Below, piece by piece: positions 38,975 through 49,525 of a stretch of DNA of 64,000 bases. Each line of letters begins with the position of its first letter. The stretch's first letter is position 1. The DNA lies in contig OY821645.1 in the NCBI GenBank assembly GCA_963682135.1, positions 2,048,001 through 2,112,000 of the forward strand, read 5' to 3'. The DNA comes from Methanothrix sp. (GTDB taxonomy: Archaea > Halobacteriota > Methanosarcinia > Methanotrichales > Methanotrichaceae). Below the pieces are notes generated by a model. The model was not told where the DNA came from and made no database searches. It saw only the letters and a program-made list of their open reading frames with translations. The position numbers and the translations under genes were made by a program.

Positions 38975-40477
38975 TTATCGCCTCCGCGCGAAGAGCCGGG
39001 AAAGGTGGTTGCTGGTGATCATCCCGATTACCTTGTTGTCTCTATCTACCACAGGCATTGCCGAGATGCTGTGCGTGTCAAAGGTGCGAGCCGCAAGCTC
39101 AATGGGCTCATCGGCGTTGACGGAATAAACCCGACGGGTCATGATATCCCCAATGCGAGAGGATTTGCCACCCGCCACTGCCTTGGATATATCCCAGGCG
39201 GTAATTATGCCCATCAGTCGTCCGTCCCGGGAGACCACCGGCAGGTGATCGAAGCTGCCGCTCACAATCAACCGGGCTGCCTCCTCTACCCCGATGTCCT
39301 CATGAGCCGTGACCACGTCGCGACTCATTACATCTCCTACATTTGGAGATTCCTTGGTCTGCTTCATGGGCCGGGAGCTGCCTACACGAGATAAGGGCTC
39401 CACGGCACTGCTTAACAGAAACTCGCCCTTCTCCACCTGCTGCTTTAGAGTGTTGGCCACTTCCCTGGCCACATGGAAACTGGAGAGTGAGGAAGTCGAG
39501 ACCTCTTTTCCATTAATCTCGATCATACCTGACTTCAGATCTTCGTAGCTAACCATTTTCAAAGAGGGCCGATCCCGTCGAGCGATGCCGTAGTCTACTA
39601 CTGGAACCGTGATGTCTCTATCCCGCACGGCAGTACTCTTGGCCAGCTTTTCATTGAGGATTGGTATGGGGATGCCAATCCCCAGGTATAGACTGGGGCC
39701 GTATTTGTGAAACGTCGCCGCCCTTAGAAAACGATTATTCATCTTCTTCAGATCACCCGTGACCATGAGCGTGGAGAAGTTATTCTGAGGATTATGCTGC
39801 GTTCCGGATCCCATGACATACCCTTGGGCACCGGCCAGAAAGATGCGCGTGCCCACTCCAATGTAATCGAAATTCGGATCATTGGATAGCGGAGAGAGTA
39901 CGCCCGATCCGCTGTAGTGAATATTGCCAAAGCGAGGAAGCAGCGTGCCCATGTAGGTATGCATGGTACGATCGGCAGAATTGGTGGCCGCATTATAGCG
40001 CTGGTAAGCATTGCGGGGATTGACCATGATGGCCTGATTAAAATCCTCCAGACGCAGACTGGTCTGCAGGTCCATCTGAGGATAGCAGTCCGTGCCCGCA
40101 CCATATGCGTCTACCTCTATCTGCTTTCCCGAAATGAGATCTTCCATAACATGCGCTCCGCCGTACTCTATTCCCCTATCCTCGGAAGGCTGCGTCGCAC
40201 CTAAGAACAGATCGACTGCAGCAACACCTCCGTAGGCTTCTACCTTATTGAGTAGAGCTTTGGAAATTTTTATGGGCGGGTCGCTATGGCCCAGATTAAG
40301 AAATACTCCCGAGGAGCACATGGCCCCGAAGGTTCCAGTGGTTACTACATCCACCTCGCGCACAGCTCCGGCAAGGCCCAGCTCGTCCACAATGTCAGGC
40401 ATCTCCTCTGCCGTTACGACGCGGGCGCTCCCGTCGCGAATGCGTTCGTTGATATCCGCTAACGACTTCTCTTGCAC
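38975..40477 (-). CDS. L-aspartate-semialdehyde sulfurtransferase (DUF39 plus CBS pair; homocysteine biosynthesis)
   Basis: VDVVTTGTFGAMCSSG, YGGAHV, GTDCYP, NPRNAYQ and tandem C-terminal CBS domains. GTG start after GAGGA. Confidence 0.92.
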   Translation of the reverse strand: MQEKSLADINERIRDGSARVVTAEEMPDIVDELGLAGAVREVDVVTTGTFGAMCSSGVFLNLGHSDPPIKISKALLNKVEAYGGVAAVDLFLGATQPSEDRGIEYGGAHVMEDLISGKQIEVDAYGAGTDCYPQMDLQTSLRLEDFNQAIMVNPRNAYQRYNAATNSADRTMHTYMGTLLPRFGNIHYSGSGVLSPLSNDPNFDYIGVGTRIFLAGAQGYVMGSGTQHNPQNNFSTLMVTGDLKKMNNRFLRAATFHKYGPSLYLGIGIPIPILNEKLAKSTAVRDRDITVPVVDYGIARRDRPSLKMVSYEDLKSGMIEINGKEVSTSSLSSFHVAREVANTLKQQVEKGEFLLSSAVEPLSRVGSSRPMKQTKESPNVGDVMSRDVVTAHEDIGVEEAARLIVSGSFDHLPVVSRDGRLMGIITAWDISKAVAGGKSSRIGDIMTRRVYSVNADEPIELAARTFDTHSISAMPVVDRDNKVIGMITSNHLSRLFARRR

Positions 40478-40569
40478 GAATTCCTCAAAAGTCGGCAATC
40501 CGATAAAAACTTGTTGGGCTTTTCCGGTCCAACAACGTTATCTGCCTTAACTGAAATGATTTTAAGCCT

Positions 40570-42072
40570 ATGCCACAGAAGCCTGGCAAGAGAATTGTCC
40601 TCACCAGCGATGCCACCATGATGAGCAGCTATCACGGAGGAGTGATGCTCGGCTTTGCCGCCATAATGCCCAGGAGAGCTCTGCCTGACTGGATTTTTCA
40701 TAATTTATTCTGCCCGCCCGTGCCTGCCGCAAAGGACGGCTCAGCAGAGATCGCGCCTTGCGGCCTGAGAAAGGTAGAGGCGGCATTGCTGGAAGCGGGC
40801 TTTTCCCGAGACGAGGTAATGGTGGCCCATCCCTATCATCTTGACCAGGCCATCGGACCGAACACGAAGATCGTGGGCATAACTCATGACGATCCCATGG
40901 GAAAGATCGCTGTGCGAGAGGTCGAAGATATAATAGGCAGAGGGCCACCCTTCAATCGAAGCGAGTTTCTGCAGCTCGTGCGCCATCCCCTCATTAGAGA
41001 GCATAGACCCAAGGTAGTAGTAGGCGGCAACGGCGCCTGGGAGGTAATGGGCGAAGATGTGGGCGTGGATCACATCTACCTGGGCGAAGGAGAAAGCGAT
41101 TTTCCGGATATTTGCAGAAAGATCATCGGCAATGAGAAGGTATCGCAGGTCATCCGGGGAAAAGCCGTTGCCGGAGAAGCAATTCCCGTCAATCGCAGTG
41201 CTACCATCGGCGGTATTGTAGAGATTGGCAGGGGCTGCTGGCGAGGCTGCGCCTTCTGCTCGCCTGCTATGCGCTCTTTGCGCCACAGGCCTTTGGAAAA
41301 GATATTGGAGGATGTGCAGGTAAACCTGGATAGTGGTCAGAAGGACATTATCCTGCACAGCGAGGATTTCTTCTCCTACGGCTACCACGCCGGCAGGACG
41401 GATGAGGAGAAGATACGCAAACTGGTATCTGCGGTAAAAGGGCTCGGGCCGAAGACCATTGATGTCTCCCACCTCAGCCTGGCCTCAGTTTATCAAAACC
41501 AGGGACTCTTGCGCGCTGTCTCGCAGATCGTTGGCGTGGGCTCGGATCAGAATCACATGTCTGCCTGGATCGGCATAGAGACAGGGAGCTGCCGCATCCT
41601 GAAGATGCATATGCCTAATAAAGCGCGGCCCGCAGAGATCGATAATTGGCCGGAAATTGTGAGGGATTGTTACCGTCTCTTCGCCGAAGAGTCCTGGCTG
41701 CCCGTGGCAAGCCTTGTCCTGGGCCTGCCGGAAGAGACCGTAGAGGATGTCATAGAGACCACGCAGCTGGTGGAGTCGCTTATGGATTATACCGGGCTCA
41801 TGCTGCCCCTCTTTTTCACCACCATTGCGGATACCAAGCTGGGAGGAAGAAGAGGCTTTGCCAGAGAGGATGCCCTGCCCGAGCACTGGCAGCTGGTGGG
41901 ACTGTGCCTGGAGTATAACCTGCGCCACCTCAAGAAACTACACCGCCTCTACCGAGAAAGGATGACCGCAGGACCTGCTGTTCATGCCGCTCTCAGAGGC
42001 ATGAATCTGATGGCAGACCTTGTGCTTGGCAAGTATATGAAAAGAATGAAAAGAGGCGAGCCGCCCAACTGA
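40570..42072 (+). CDS. Radical SAM protein with N-terminal B12-binding-like domain
   Basis: APCGLRKVEAAL, GEGE, RGCWRGCAFC (CxxxCxxC), GIETGS. Confidence 0.88.
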   Translation: MPQKPGKRIVLTSDATMMSSYHGGVMLGFAAIMPRRALPDWIFHNLFCPPVPAAKDGSAEIAPCGLRKVEAALLEAGFSRDEVMVAHPYHLDQAIGPNTKIVGITHDDPMGKIAVREVEDIIGRGPPFNRSEFLQLVRHPLIREHRPKVVVGGNGAWEVMGEDVGVDHIYLGEGESDFPDICRKIIGNEKVSQVIRGKAVAGEAIPVNRSATIGGIVEIGRGCWRGCAFCSPAMRSLRHRPLEKILEDVQVNLDSGQKDIILHSEDFFSYGYHAGRTDEEKIRKLVSAVKGLGPKTIDVSHLSLASVYQNQGLLRAVSQIVGVGSDQNHMSAWIGIETGSCRILKMHMPNKARPAEIDNWPEIVRDCYRLFAEESWLPVASLVLGLPEETVEDVIETTQLVESLMDYTGLMLPLFFTTIADTKLGGRRGFAREDALPEHWQLVGLCLEYNLRHLKKLHRLYRERMTAGPAVHAALRGMNLMADLVLGKYMKRMKRGEPPN

Positions 42073-42110
42073 TGCTTCGCCTTATCGATATCATGCGATA
42101 TAAGCAGTTT

Positions 42111-42413
42111 TTAGTAATTGTCCAGAACAGACCTCACAACACCTTTGTGATCTCCCTTGAGGGAATAGACGTTATGGTCCCCGGAAACGTCAATGCTCAG
42201 AATGCCCAGGCGAGTATTCATGAGCCCCACCATGGCCGAAACCCCCCGATAGCTGACGTCAAAACCCTCCTTAGCGAGGTAGGTGAAGACGTCCTCAGTG
42301 GTGTAAGCTCCATCGCTCAAAAACAACTTTAAGACAGCCTTCCGAATTCCTATTCCGTCCCTCTTAAGATAATTTCTGAGCCTCTCCTGGATTCGTTCTT
42401 CAGCGCTTTCCAT
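42111..42413 (-). CDS. DUF2551-like small winged-helix protein
   Basis: RLRNYLKRDGIGIRKAVL...SAMVGLMNTRLGIL. Confidence 0.75.
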   Translation of the reverse strand: MESAEERIQERLRNYLKRDGIGIRKAVLKLFLSDGAYTTEDVFTYLAKEGFDVSYRGVSAMVGLMNTRLGILSIDVSGDHNVYSLKGDHKGVVRSVLDNY

Positions 42414-42451
42414 CCGGCAAAATCACCGCCCTCAACCAATGAATTTAAGGA

Positions 42452-43507
42452 TTATAAAGGTATTCTATCTACGACCATTCCATCCTCAAAAGGATACTTC
42501 TCAATTATGCTGAGAACACATGAGACGCCTTTCAGTTCGTGGGTTAAGTCCTCCAGGATAGAGGCGGCGATTTCTATCCTTTCGTCCCGGCAAGAGTACA
42601 TATCTTTTGGAACCGCGTTCTCCAGAAGAATCTGCAAAACAGCATGCTGATCGCCCTCAATTATGCCGTGAATTATGGTACCCTCCTCGCTCACATAATC
42701 AAAAGGTCGCGCCGTTTTATTCGCCCTGCGCAAGAGTCGCTCTCGCAGTTGCACCGCATCCTTGAAACGAGAGGGGCAAAAGTGCACTTTTATGTCATCT
42801 TTCAGGAAATGCTCCCTGGCAACCTCTTCGCTTCCTGTTGCAGCGCAGCCCAGATCCTCCGGCAGATAACCGGCTTTGGCCAGGCCGGCATAATTTGTCT
42901 CTGAGAACTCCAGCTCATTTATATTCAAAAAAGCATCAGCTTCCCTTACCGCTTCCATGATCGCGGGCGCAGGCTGAAGGGAGGGTATCTCCACGCCCGC
43001 TATCAGGCCCAGGGCTATAGCCTGCCGCAGAGCATCCTTGAGCCCTACGGGATGCGACCATTGGGCAAGAGGAGGATGAAAGCGAATCTCGTCCAGACCG
43101 GCCTGCGCTAGCCTCTCCAGGACATCGCGACCAGGAAATTGGCCGGTATAAAGGTGAATGTGATGCGACTGCCCCCGCGATTGCTTCAAAGCACGGATGC
43201 ACTCCAGAACATAATCTAATTTCAAAAGCGGCTCGCCACCGGTGATTCCTGTGCCCAGAGCATCGATGGCAGAAGCCTCCTCTAAGATATCAGCTATCTC
43301 CCTCACCGGCATTTCATCGGCAAAGACCTGATCGCGGCCCCTTCGCTCCTCGGATAGCGGACAATAGAAACAGCTGCGCTCGCACTTGCCGGTGACGAAG
43401 AGCACCAGGCCCGCGCCCTGGCGACAGATGCGACAGCCAGGCGAGAGGTAATTGTAAATCGATCCCACAGAATCTTCCTGCCACTTCGTCCTCTGCTCCG
43501 TTCCCAT
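42452..43507 (-). CDS. Radical SAM protein (archaeal)
   Basis: GCRIC, LFVTGKCERSCFYCP, GITGGEP, LDEIRFHP. Confidence 0.9.
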   Translation of the reverse strand: MGTEQRTKWQEDSVGSIYNYLSPGCRICRQGAGLVLFVTGKCERSCFYCPLSEERRGRDQVFADEMPVREIADILEEASAIDALGTGITGGEPLLKLDYVLECIRALKQSRGQSHHIHLYTGQFPGRDVLERLAQAGLDEIRFHPPLAQWSHPVGLKDALRQAIALGLIAGVEIPSLQPAPAIMEAVREADAFLNINELEFSETNYAGLAKAGYLPEDLGCAATGSEEVAREHFLKDDIKVHFCPSRFKDAVQLRERLLRRANKTARPFDYVSEEGTIIHGIIEGDQHAVLQILLENAVPKDMYSCRDERIEIAASILEDLTHELKGVSCVLSIIEKYPFEDGMVVDRIPL

Positions 43508-43608
43508 CGCATGAGATACGAGTGGTGTTGGCTTAATTAGATTTGTATCCAAACGGTTATCAGAGTAGAGTGGCCAATAATCCACCCATATTAAAGGGAT
43601 GGTTACTT

Positions 43609-45393
43609 GTGAGAGAATATCTTCTCGGAAACGCAGCAATTGCCAGAGGCCTCCTGGAGGCAGGAGTAGGGCTAGTTGCCGGCTATCCCGGCACGCCCTC
43701 CTCAGAGATTATAGAAACCGTGGCAAGTATCAAGAGTAATAGGCCACCGCATGTGGAATGGTCCGTTAACGAAAAGGTCGCCCTGGAAGTAGCAGCAGGA
43801 GCCTCCTGGACTGGCCGGCGCGCCGTGGCCACCATGAAACACGTGGGATTGAATGTGGCGGCAGATCCATTCATGACGCTTGCCTACCTGGGCGTAGGTG
43901 CAGGACTGGTGGTGATCTGTGCTGATGATCCCTATTGCCATTCCTCGCAGAATGAGCAGGACTCCAGGCGTTATGCCCAGTTTGCCGGCATCCCCTGTCT
44001 TGACCCGAAAGATCCACAGGAAGCAAAGGATATGACCGTTTTTGCTTTTGAGCTCTCCGAGAAATTCAATATCCCGGTCATGCTCAGGCCCACTACGCGC
44101 GTCTCTCACGCCAGACAGGATGTGCAGGTCCTCTTGGCCGCAGCCCCTTGCGGGCAGGGCCGGTTCATCAAGGACCCTGCGCGACGAGTGGCCCTGCCCA
44201 GCCATGCCCGTCCGCTGCATAGCGAGCTTCTGGCCAAACAGGCCGCCATGCAAGAGGCACTGGAAAGCGCGCCCTGGAACAGGCTCGAGCTGCATGGCGA
44301 TGTAGGAATTATCGCTTCAGGTATCGCAGGAATGTACGCGAAGGAAGCAATCTTCGAGCTGAATGAAGACCTCTCATTCCTATGCATTGGAAGCTATCCG
44401 ATTCCCAAGAAATTAATCAGCAGCATGCTTGAGCACGTCTCCAAGGTAATGGTAATAGAAGAGCTGGAGCCGGTGGTGGAAGAGCAGGTGCAGATCTTGG
44501 CCCGAGAGATTAATCCCCATGTGGAGATCCTGGGAAAAGTGCAGTCCATTCCTCGCGAGGGCGAGCTAGACTATTTGCAGGTGAGAAATGCCATAGCCCG
44601 CATGATCGGCAGGCCGCAGCGAGAGGCTTTGCAGAGTCTCGCGATGAGCATTCTGCCGCCCCGTCCTCCCTCGCTATGCGCAGGCTGCAGCCACAGGGCC
44701 ACATATTACGCCATGCGAAAGGTCTTCGGCAAGAAGGCAATCTACCCCAGCGACATCGGCTGCTACACCATGGCGGTCGGCATGGGAACTGTGGACACAT
44801 GTCTGTGCATGGGAGCGAGCATCACTCTGGCCAGCGGCATTCGCTTCGGCGGAGAGGAAGAAGGTATATGTTGCAGTCTGGGCGACTCAACCTTTCTGCA
44901 TGGTGGCATGACCGGCCTTCTCAACGCCGCCTACAACAATGCCAGGATCACCGTGACCATTCTCGATAACTCCACTACGGCCATGACCGGCCATCAGCCC
45001 CATCCGGGAACAGGCATGACGGCTACAGGTGAGAAAACGACCATGGTCTCAATCGAAGCCCTGGCTAAAGCTCTGGGCGCTGGACTGGTGGAGACGGTCG
45101 ATCCCTACCACTTGGATGAGACAATGGAGAGCTTTCAGAGGGCCAAGGATTATCCAGGCCTGTCAGTAATCATCGCCAAGCAGCCCTGTGTAATCAAAGC
45201 TCGCCGTAGCGGCCTGCGGCCCCAATCGTTCCTGGTAGGAGAGGACTGCATTGGCTGCAAGATCTGCCTGGACTATGGCTGCCCGGCCATAGAATTCGAG
45301 AATGAGAAAGCCAGGATAAATGCACTATGCTCTGGCTGCGGAGTATGCGCCGCGATCTGCTCATCCTCCGCCATACGGGAGGTGGCAAAATGA
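43609..45393 (+). CDS. iorA: Indolepyruvate:ferredoxin oxidoreductase alpha subunit
   Basis: GYPGTPSSE, NEKVALE, MKHVGLNVAAD, SQNEQD, DIGCY, GDSTF, TAMTGHQ and a C-terminal ferredoxin. Confidence 0.96.
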   Translation: MREYLLGNAAIARGLLEAGVGLVAGYPGTPSSEIIETVASIKSNRPPHVEWSVNEKVALEVAAGASWTGRRAVATMKHVGLNVAADPFMTLAYLGVGAGLVVICADDPYCHSSQNEQDSRRYAQFAGIPCLDPKDPQEAKDMTVFAFELSEKFNIPVMLRPTTRVSHARQDVQVLLAAAPCGQGRFIKDPARRVALPSHARPLHSELLAKQAAMQEALESAPWNRLELHGDVGIIASGIAGMYAKEAIFELNEDLSFLCIGSYPIPKKLISSMLEHVSKVMVIEELEPVVEEQVQILAREINPHVEILGKVQSIPREGELDYLQVRNAIARMIGRPQREALQSLAMSILPPRPPSLCAGCSHRATYYAMRKVFGKKAIYPSDIGCYTMAVGMGTVDTCLCMGASITLASGIRFGGEEEGICCSLGDSTFLHGGMTGLLNAAYNNARITVTILDNSTTAMTGHQPHPGTGMTATGEKTTMVSIEALAKALGAGLVETVDPYHLDETMESFQRAKDYPGLSVIIAKQPCVIKARRSGLRPQSFLVGEDCIGCKICLDYGCPAIEFENEKARINALCSGCGVCAAICSSSAIREVAK

Positions 45394-45977
45394 GAACGTC
45401 CGAATGCGATCTGGTGATTGTCGGCGTGGGCGGCCAGGGAGTAATTCTGATCTCGGATGTGATCGGCAGAGCAGCGGTAATGGCAGGAAAGCCGGTATGC
45501 GGAGCCGAGACTCACGGCATGGCCCAGAGGGGCGGCAGCGTGATCAATCACACTCGCATAGGATGCAGTTTCTCTCCCATGGTCGCCTCAGGGGGAGCTG
45601 ATGTACTGGTGGCATTGGAGCCTGCCGAAGCTCTGCGCTTTGCTCAATTCCTCTCGCCAACAGGAGTTGCGCTGGTCAATACCAGGGCCGTCCTGCCCTC
45701 TGCTGTGACCAGTGGCAAGGCCGAGTATCCACCACTGCAAGAGATACTCGCCCCTTTAAAAGCGCACAGCGGCAAGGTTTTCGCCATGGACGCCACGGCT
45801 CTTGCCGAGATGGCGGGCAGCGCTCAGGCTATGAATGTGGTAATGCTAGGTGCCCTTTCCAAGCATATTCCACTCTCTGAGGATCTAATTTTGCAGGCTC
45901 TTTCCCTTGTGGTGCCACCCAAGTTCCTGGAAATCAACAAGAAAGCTTTCGCCTTAGGAAAAGCTGAAGTAGAATAG
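45390..45977 (+). CDS. iorB: Indolepyruvate:ferredoxin oxidoreductase beta subunit
   Basis: GVGGQG, ETHGMAQRGGSV; ATGA overlap with iorA. Confidence 0.95.
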   Translation: MRTSECDLVIVGVGGQGVILISDVIGRAAVMAGKPVCGAETHGMAQRGGSVINHTRIGCSFSPMVASGGADVLVALEPAEALRFAQFLSPTGVALVNTRAVLPSAVTSGKAEYPPLQEILAPLKAHSGKVFAMDATALAEMAGSAQAMNVVMLGALSKHIPLSEDLILQALSLVVPPKFLEINKKAFALGKAEVE

Positions 45978-45994
45978 AAGCGAAAAGGGGGCTT

Positions 45995-46600
45995 ATGGAA
46001 ATAGAAAAGAAAGAAGAAGAGAATTCGACAGAAGAGAAGAGTACCGCAGGCAAACAAGCTCCCATCGTCACCCGTTCTATGGTTGAGGAAGCCTGTCCCA
46101 CCTGTGGTGCACAGGAGCCATCCATGCCTGCTGTCCTTCCTGACCCTAGCTGGTCCACAGAGAAGCTGATCGCAGCGACCAAAGACAAGCACATGCTGGT
46201 GCGCTCCAACGCCATCATCCTCCTCTCCAAGCGGGAAATCTCCGAGTCCTTGGAAGCTCTCATCGAAGCCCTCAAAGACGAAGAGTATCTCGTAAAGAGC
46301 AATGCCATGGTGGCCATATCCGCCTATGGAAAACAGGCATCTGAGCGCATAATCCAGGCACTATCCGATGCGGACAAAGATGTGCGCGCTGGAGCTGCCT
46401 GGATCGTAGGAGAGCTAAAGGATAACCGTGCTATTCTGGCATTGGAGAAAGTGGCTAAGGATGACTATCCACTGGCCAGAATTCAGGCCAAGGCGTCCCT
46501 GCTAGCTATGGGCAAAGGCTCCAAACAACAGGCAAAAAAGGATGAGCCGGAGGGACCAAAGGAAGAGCCAGTTGAGGCAAAAGAGGAGAAAACTGAATAG
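45995..46600 (+). CDS. HEAT-repeat (PBS-lyase-like) protein
   Basis: Repeated LIEALKDE..LVK / ALSDADKDVRAGAA motifs with charged tails. Confidence 0.85.
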   Translation: MEIEKKEEENSTEEKSTAGKQAPIVTRSMVEEACPTCGAQEPSMPAVLPDPSWSTEKLIAATKDKHMLVRSNAIILLSKREISESLEALIEALKDEEYLVKSNAMVAISAYGKQASERIIQALSDADKDVRAGAAWIVGELKDNRAILALEKVAKDDYPLARIQAKASLLAMGKGSKQQAKKDEPEGPKEEPVEAKEEKTE

Positions 46601-46614
46601 ATTATTTTTTTTTT

Positions 46615-47610
46615 TCAGGCTTTTTCCACCCGGCCTATTCTCGGCCACTTTGAAAAGATGTCTCCTTGATCCAGCCAATCCCGGCTGAAGGTCTGGAGAT
46701 ACATCTGCTCCAACTTAGGCTGCCAGCCGCAACGGCCTTTGCGCGTCAGATCCTGGGCTCGTCTAATGTAGGCCTTCCTGGCGCTAGCAACGAGCCAGAG
46801 GTCGTACTGGTTCAAAGCAACATGCATTTCGCGACAGTAGCTGCATAAGAACCGATCGTAAAAAGAATCTACGTCCCAGCGATTTAGTCCAAAGAACTTG
46901 GCAGGAGGAAACTGCTTGATCAGCTCCAGACCGAATCTGAACCGGGCTAAATCCAGATGGGGAGTGCAAACGTAATCAAGCCTGGGAAAGTCGATGAGAA
47001 AAAGCCTCATTCTTTTCGTTCCAACATTTCGGGGATTGTCATCTTTGATTATAATGTTCCAGGATGTGAAATCTAAGAATGGTGTTACCATGGTCTTGAG
47101 ATTACACTGGTTTATCCGCTCCCGGCTTTCGGCAAGGGACTGGTTGATGTCGTCTTCATGCGCATTGATGTCTATGGTTAGAGGCTCACCCTCTCCCCGA
47201 CAAAAGAGTTCATGATATCTTGCCAAGGCAATTCCAGAAAGATCCGCAGCATAGCTGAGGTATTGGGTACTTGCCGGCCGGATCTCATGCAGCATATAGG
47301 AAAGATTTACACCCTGCACGTGCCTCATGGCCAGGATTCCATTCTCTGCATCTACAAAAAGGGGCTGTGGAGAGGAGACGACCCCATCTTTGCAGCTATT
47401 ATAAAAGCGTGATAAGTTGGCATACTCGAGAGCTACTTCGCGAGGTTGATAGTTGCGAGAGATCTTGACCACAATTTTGTCCCGAATTTGCCCCTTGCAA
47501 AGATCAAGCATAAAGATGCAGGAGTTTCGGCAGAAGATTGTCTTTTTGCCCGATGCCTTGAAACCAGGATACCGCTCTTCTATGTACTTTTGCACTTCGC
47601 CACGGTTCAT
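46615..47610 (-). CDS. Protein-kinase-like / phosphotransferase-fold protein
   Basis: IVVK, EYANL, catalytic-loop-like FLDFTSWNII and LIDF. Confidence 0.6.
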   Translation of the reverse strand: MNRGEVQKYIEERYPGFKASGKKTIFCRNSCIFMLDLCKGQIRDKIVVKISRNYQPREVALEYANLSRFYNSCKDGVVSSPQPLFVDAENGILAMRHVQGVNLSYMLHEIRPASTQYLSYAADLSGIALARYHELFCRGEGEPLTIDINAHEDDINQSLAESRERINQCNLKTMVTPFLDFTSWNIIIKDDNPRNVGTKRMRLFLIDFPRLDYVCTPHLDLARFRFGLELIKQFPPAKFFGLNRWDVDSFYDRFLCSYCREMHVALNQYDLWLVASARKAYIRRAQDLTRKGRCGWQPKLEQMYLQTFSRDWLDQGDIFSKWPRIGRVEKA

Positions 47611-47712
47611 CAGATGCTACCTCTTTTGCGGTCAGGTCAATGGCTGTATGCCGTTTAAAGCAAATGGTCGATCCTGAAAAATTATATCAAGGAGAAACGA
47701 CAATTATGAAAT

Positions 47713-47949
47713 ATGGACAGCGCAATTGGTAGCAGCGTCTATAATTTCATCGAGCTGGTGGGAACCTCATGCAAAGATTGGGAAGAAGCGGTCAGCAATG
47801 CCATCAACCGCGCTAGCAGTGAGTTAACAAACATGAGGGTGGCCGAGGTGGTTGAGATGGACACAAAGCTTGTTGAGGGCAAGATAGTGGAATTCCGGGC
47901 CAAGGTCAGACTGTCTTTTAAGCACGAGGTCGAACCTGAGACGCTTTGA
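47713..47949 (+). CDS. Dodecin (flavin-binding)
   Basis: VYNFIELVGTS..WEEAV.NAI.RA...FRAKVRLSFK. Confidence 0.92.
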   Translation: MDSAIGSSVYNFIELVGTSCKDWEEAVSNAINRASSELTNMRVAEVVEMDTKLVEGKIVEFRAKVRLSFKHEVEPETL

Positions 47950-47993
47950 ATTAAAGGAAAGGCTTAACAGATAGAACTACAACCCCATGTGAT

Positions 47994-49112
47994 GTGCCCC
48001 AGGTAAGCCTGATTATCCCCACCAGAAATGAACAAGAGACGATCTGCGAATGCATCCAAAGAGCCCAGCAGGTCTTCAGAGAGATGGGCCTTTCGGGCGA
48101 AATTCTGGTTGCAGACAGCTCGAACGACGAGACGGCAGCAATTGCAGATTCATGCGGGGCAAAGGTTATCAAACCTGCAAAGTTGGGATACGGAAATGCC
48201 TACCTGTCCGGGCTTGCACAGGCGGAAGGGGAATACATTGTCTTCATGGACGGTGATCTGACCTACGATCCCAAAGCCATTGCAGATATGATAGTCATCC
48301 TGCAAAGCGGCAATTATGACCTGGTTATAGGTTCGCGACTCAAGGGAAAGATTCTTCCCGGCGCCATGCCTGCCCTTCATCGTTATATTGGAAATCCAGT
48401 TCTCACCTGTATTTTGAATACCCTCTTTTCCAGCCGCATCTCTGATGCCCACTGCGGCCTTCGTGCCATTAGGCGAGATGCCCTAAAAAAACTGAATCTC
48501 AGATCAGGAGGAATGGAGTTCGCCTCCGAGATGCTCATTGAAGCTGTCTGCCGAGATCTGAGAGTTGCAGAAGTTCCCATTACCTACTCCCCTCGCAAAG
48601 GAGTCTCAAAGCTTCATTCCATCACCGACGGCTGGAGACATTTACGTTTCATGATGCTCTACCGACCGGTTCCATTTCTTCTCGTTCCTGGACTTTTGGT
48701 ACTTATTTTCGGGCTGGCCCTGTTCGTGGGAGTGTATCTGCAAGGTGGATCAAGGATGCATTCTCTGATCCTGGGCGGCCTGCTGGCAATCATAGGTTAC
48801 CAGATGCTATTGGCGGGACTGTATTTTGAAGCATTTGGAGCAGCCTATGGCCTCCCTCGCTCGGGAAGAATTAAAAAGATGATCAGCTACCACTCTCTAG
48901 AGAAAGAGCTTTTCATCGGCACAGTCTTGCTTGCCGCAGGTGGCCTGCTCGGCCTGAGAGTTCTGATGAGCTGGGGAGTTTCCGGCTTTGGTGCGCTGGA
49001 TGCAGCATCCAGCGCCATGATGGCCATGATCTTTTCCATCCTGGGAATCCAGACCATATTTTCCGGAATGTCCATAAGCCTGCTCTTGCTCAATAATGGG
49101 AACCAAGAGTAG
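47994..49112 (+). CDS. GT2 glycosyltransferase (dolichol-phosphate sugar synthase-like) with C-terminal TM helices
   Basis: IIPTRNE, GYGNA, DGDLTY, VIGSR, EFASEM, SKLHSITDG. Confidence 0.92.
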   Translation: MPQVSLIIPTRNEQETICECIQRAQQVFREMGLSGEILVADSSNDETAAIADSCGAKVIKPAKLGYGNAYLSGLAQAEGEYIVFMDGDLTYDPKAIADMIVILQSGNYDLVIGSRLKGKILPGAMPALHRYIGNPVLTCILNTLFSSRISDAHCGLRAIRRDALKKLNLRSGGMEFASEMLIEAVCRDLRVAEVPITYSPRKGVSKLHSITDGWRHLRFMMLYRPVPFLLVPGLLVLIFGLALFVGVYLQGGSRMHSLILGGLLAIIGYQMLLAGLYFEAFGAAYGLPRSGRIKKMISYHSLEKELFIGTVLLAAGGLLGLRVLMSWGVSGFGALDAASSAMMAMIFSILGIQTIFSGMSISLLLLNNGNQE

Positions 49113-49153
49113 TGCAAGTGCACTATTCATCGATGGCTATTCGCAGGCTACCC

Positions 49154-49306
49154 TCAGATCCGGGTCTTTCGAGGTCGCTCATTGGTTATTCCGCCCTTAA
49201 TTTTGCTAAATATCGGCGCGTCAGACTTATTCTTCTGCGGTTTGGAGGGATCGTGCTTGCCAGGCCCGTCGTTGGGCATTCCCTTGGCACCTTTTTTCTT
49301 GCTCAT
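49154..49306 (-). CDS. 50-aa basic microprotein
   Basis: MSKKKGAKGMPNDGPGKHDPSKPQKNKSDAPIFSKIKGGITNERPRKTRI*. AGGTGA RBS. Below the ORF-track cutoff. Confidence 0.55.
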   Translation of the reverse strand: MSKKKGAKGMPNDGPGKHDPSKPQKNKSDAPIFSKIKGGITNERPRKTRI

Positions 49307-49525
49307 CTAATATTCACCTTCATGACTCGTCTCTGCGTCATATCCACCTCTTCCCTTAAATACTAGTCAGCTTACCGACAGGCTGCCCGACAAGTAAACC
49401 TCTTAGTGACGCAGGGCAAATCTGCAAGAATCGGACAACCTCGCTCAACCGATTTAACTACCACATAAAAAAAAGTGAATTAAGCGCTGAAATCATGCCT
49501 CAGCGCTATTTTTTCCCATTGATTC

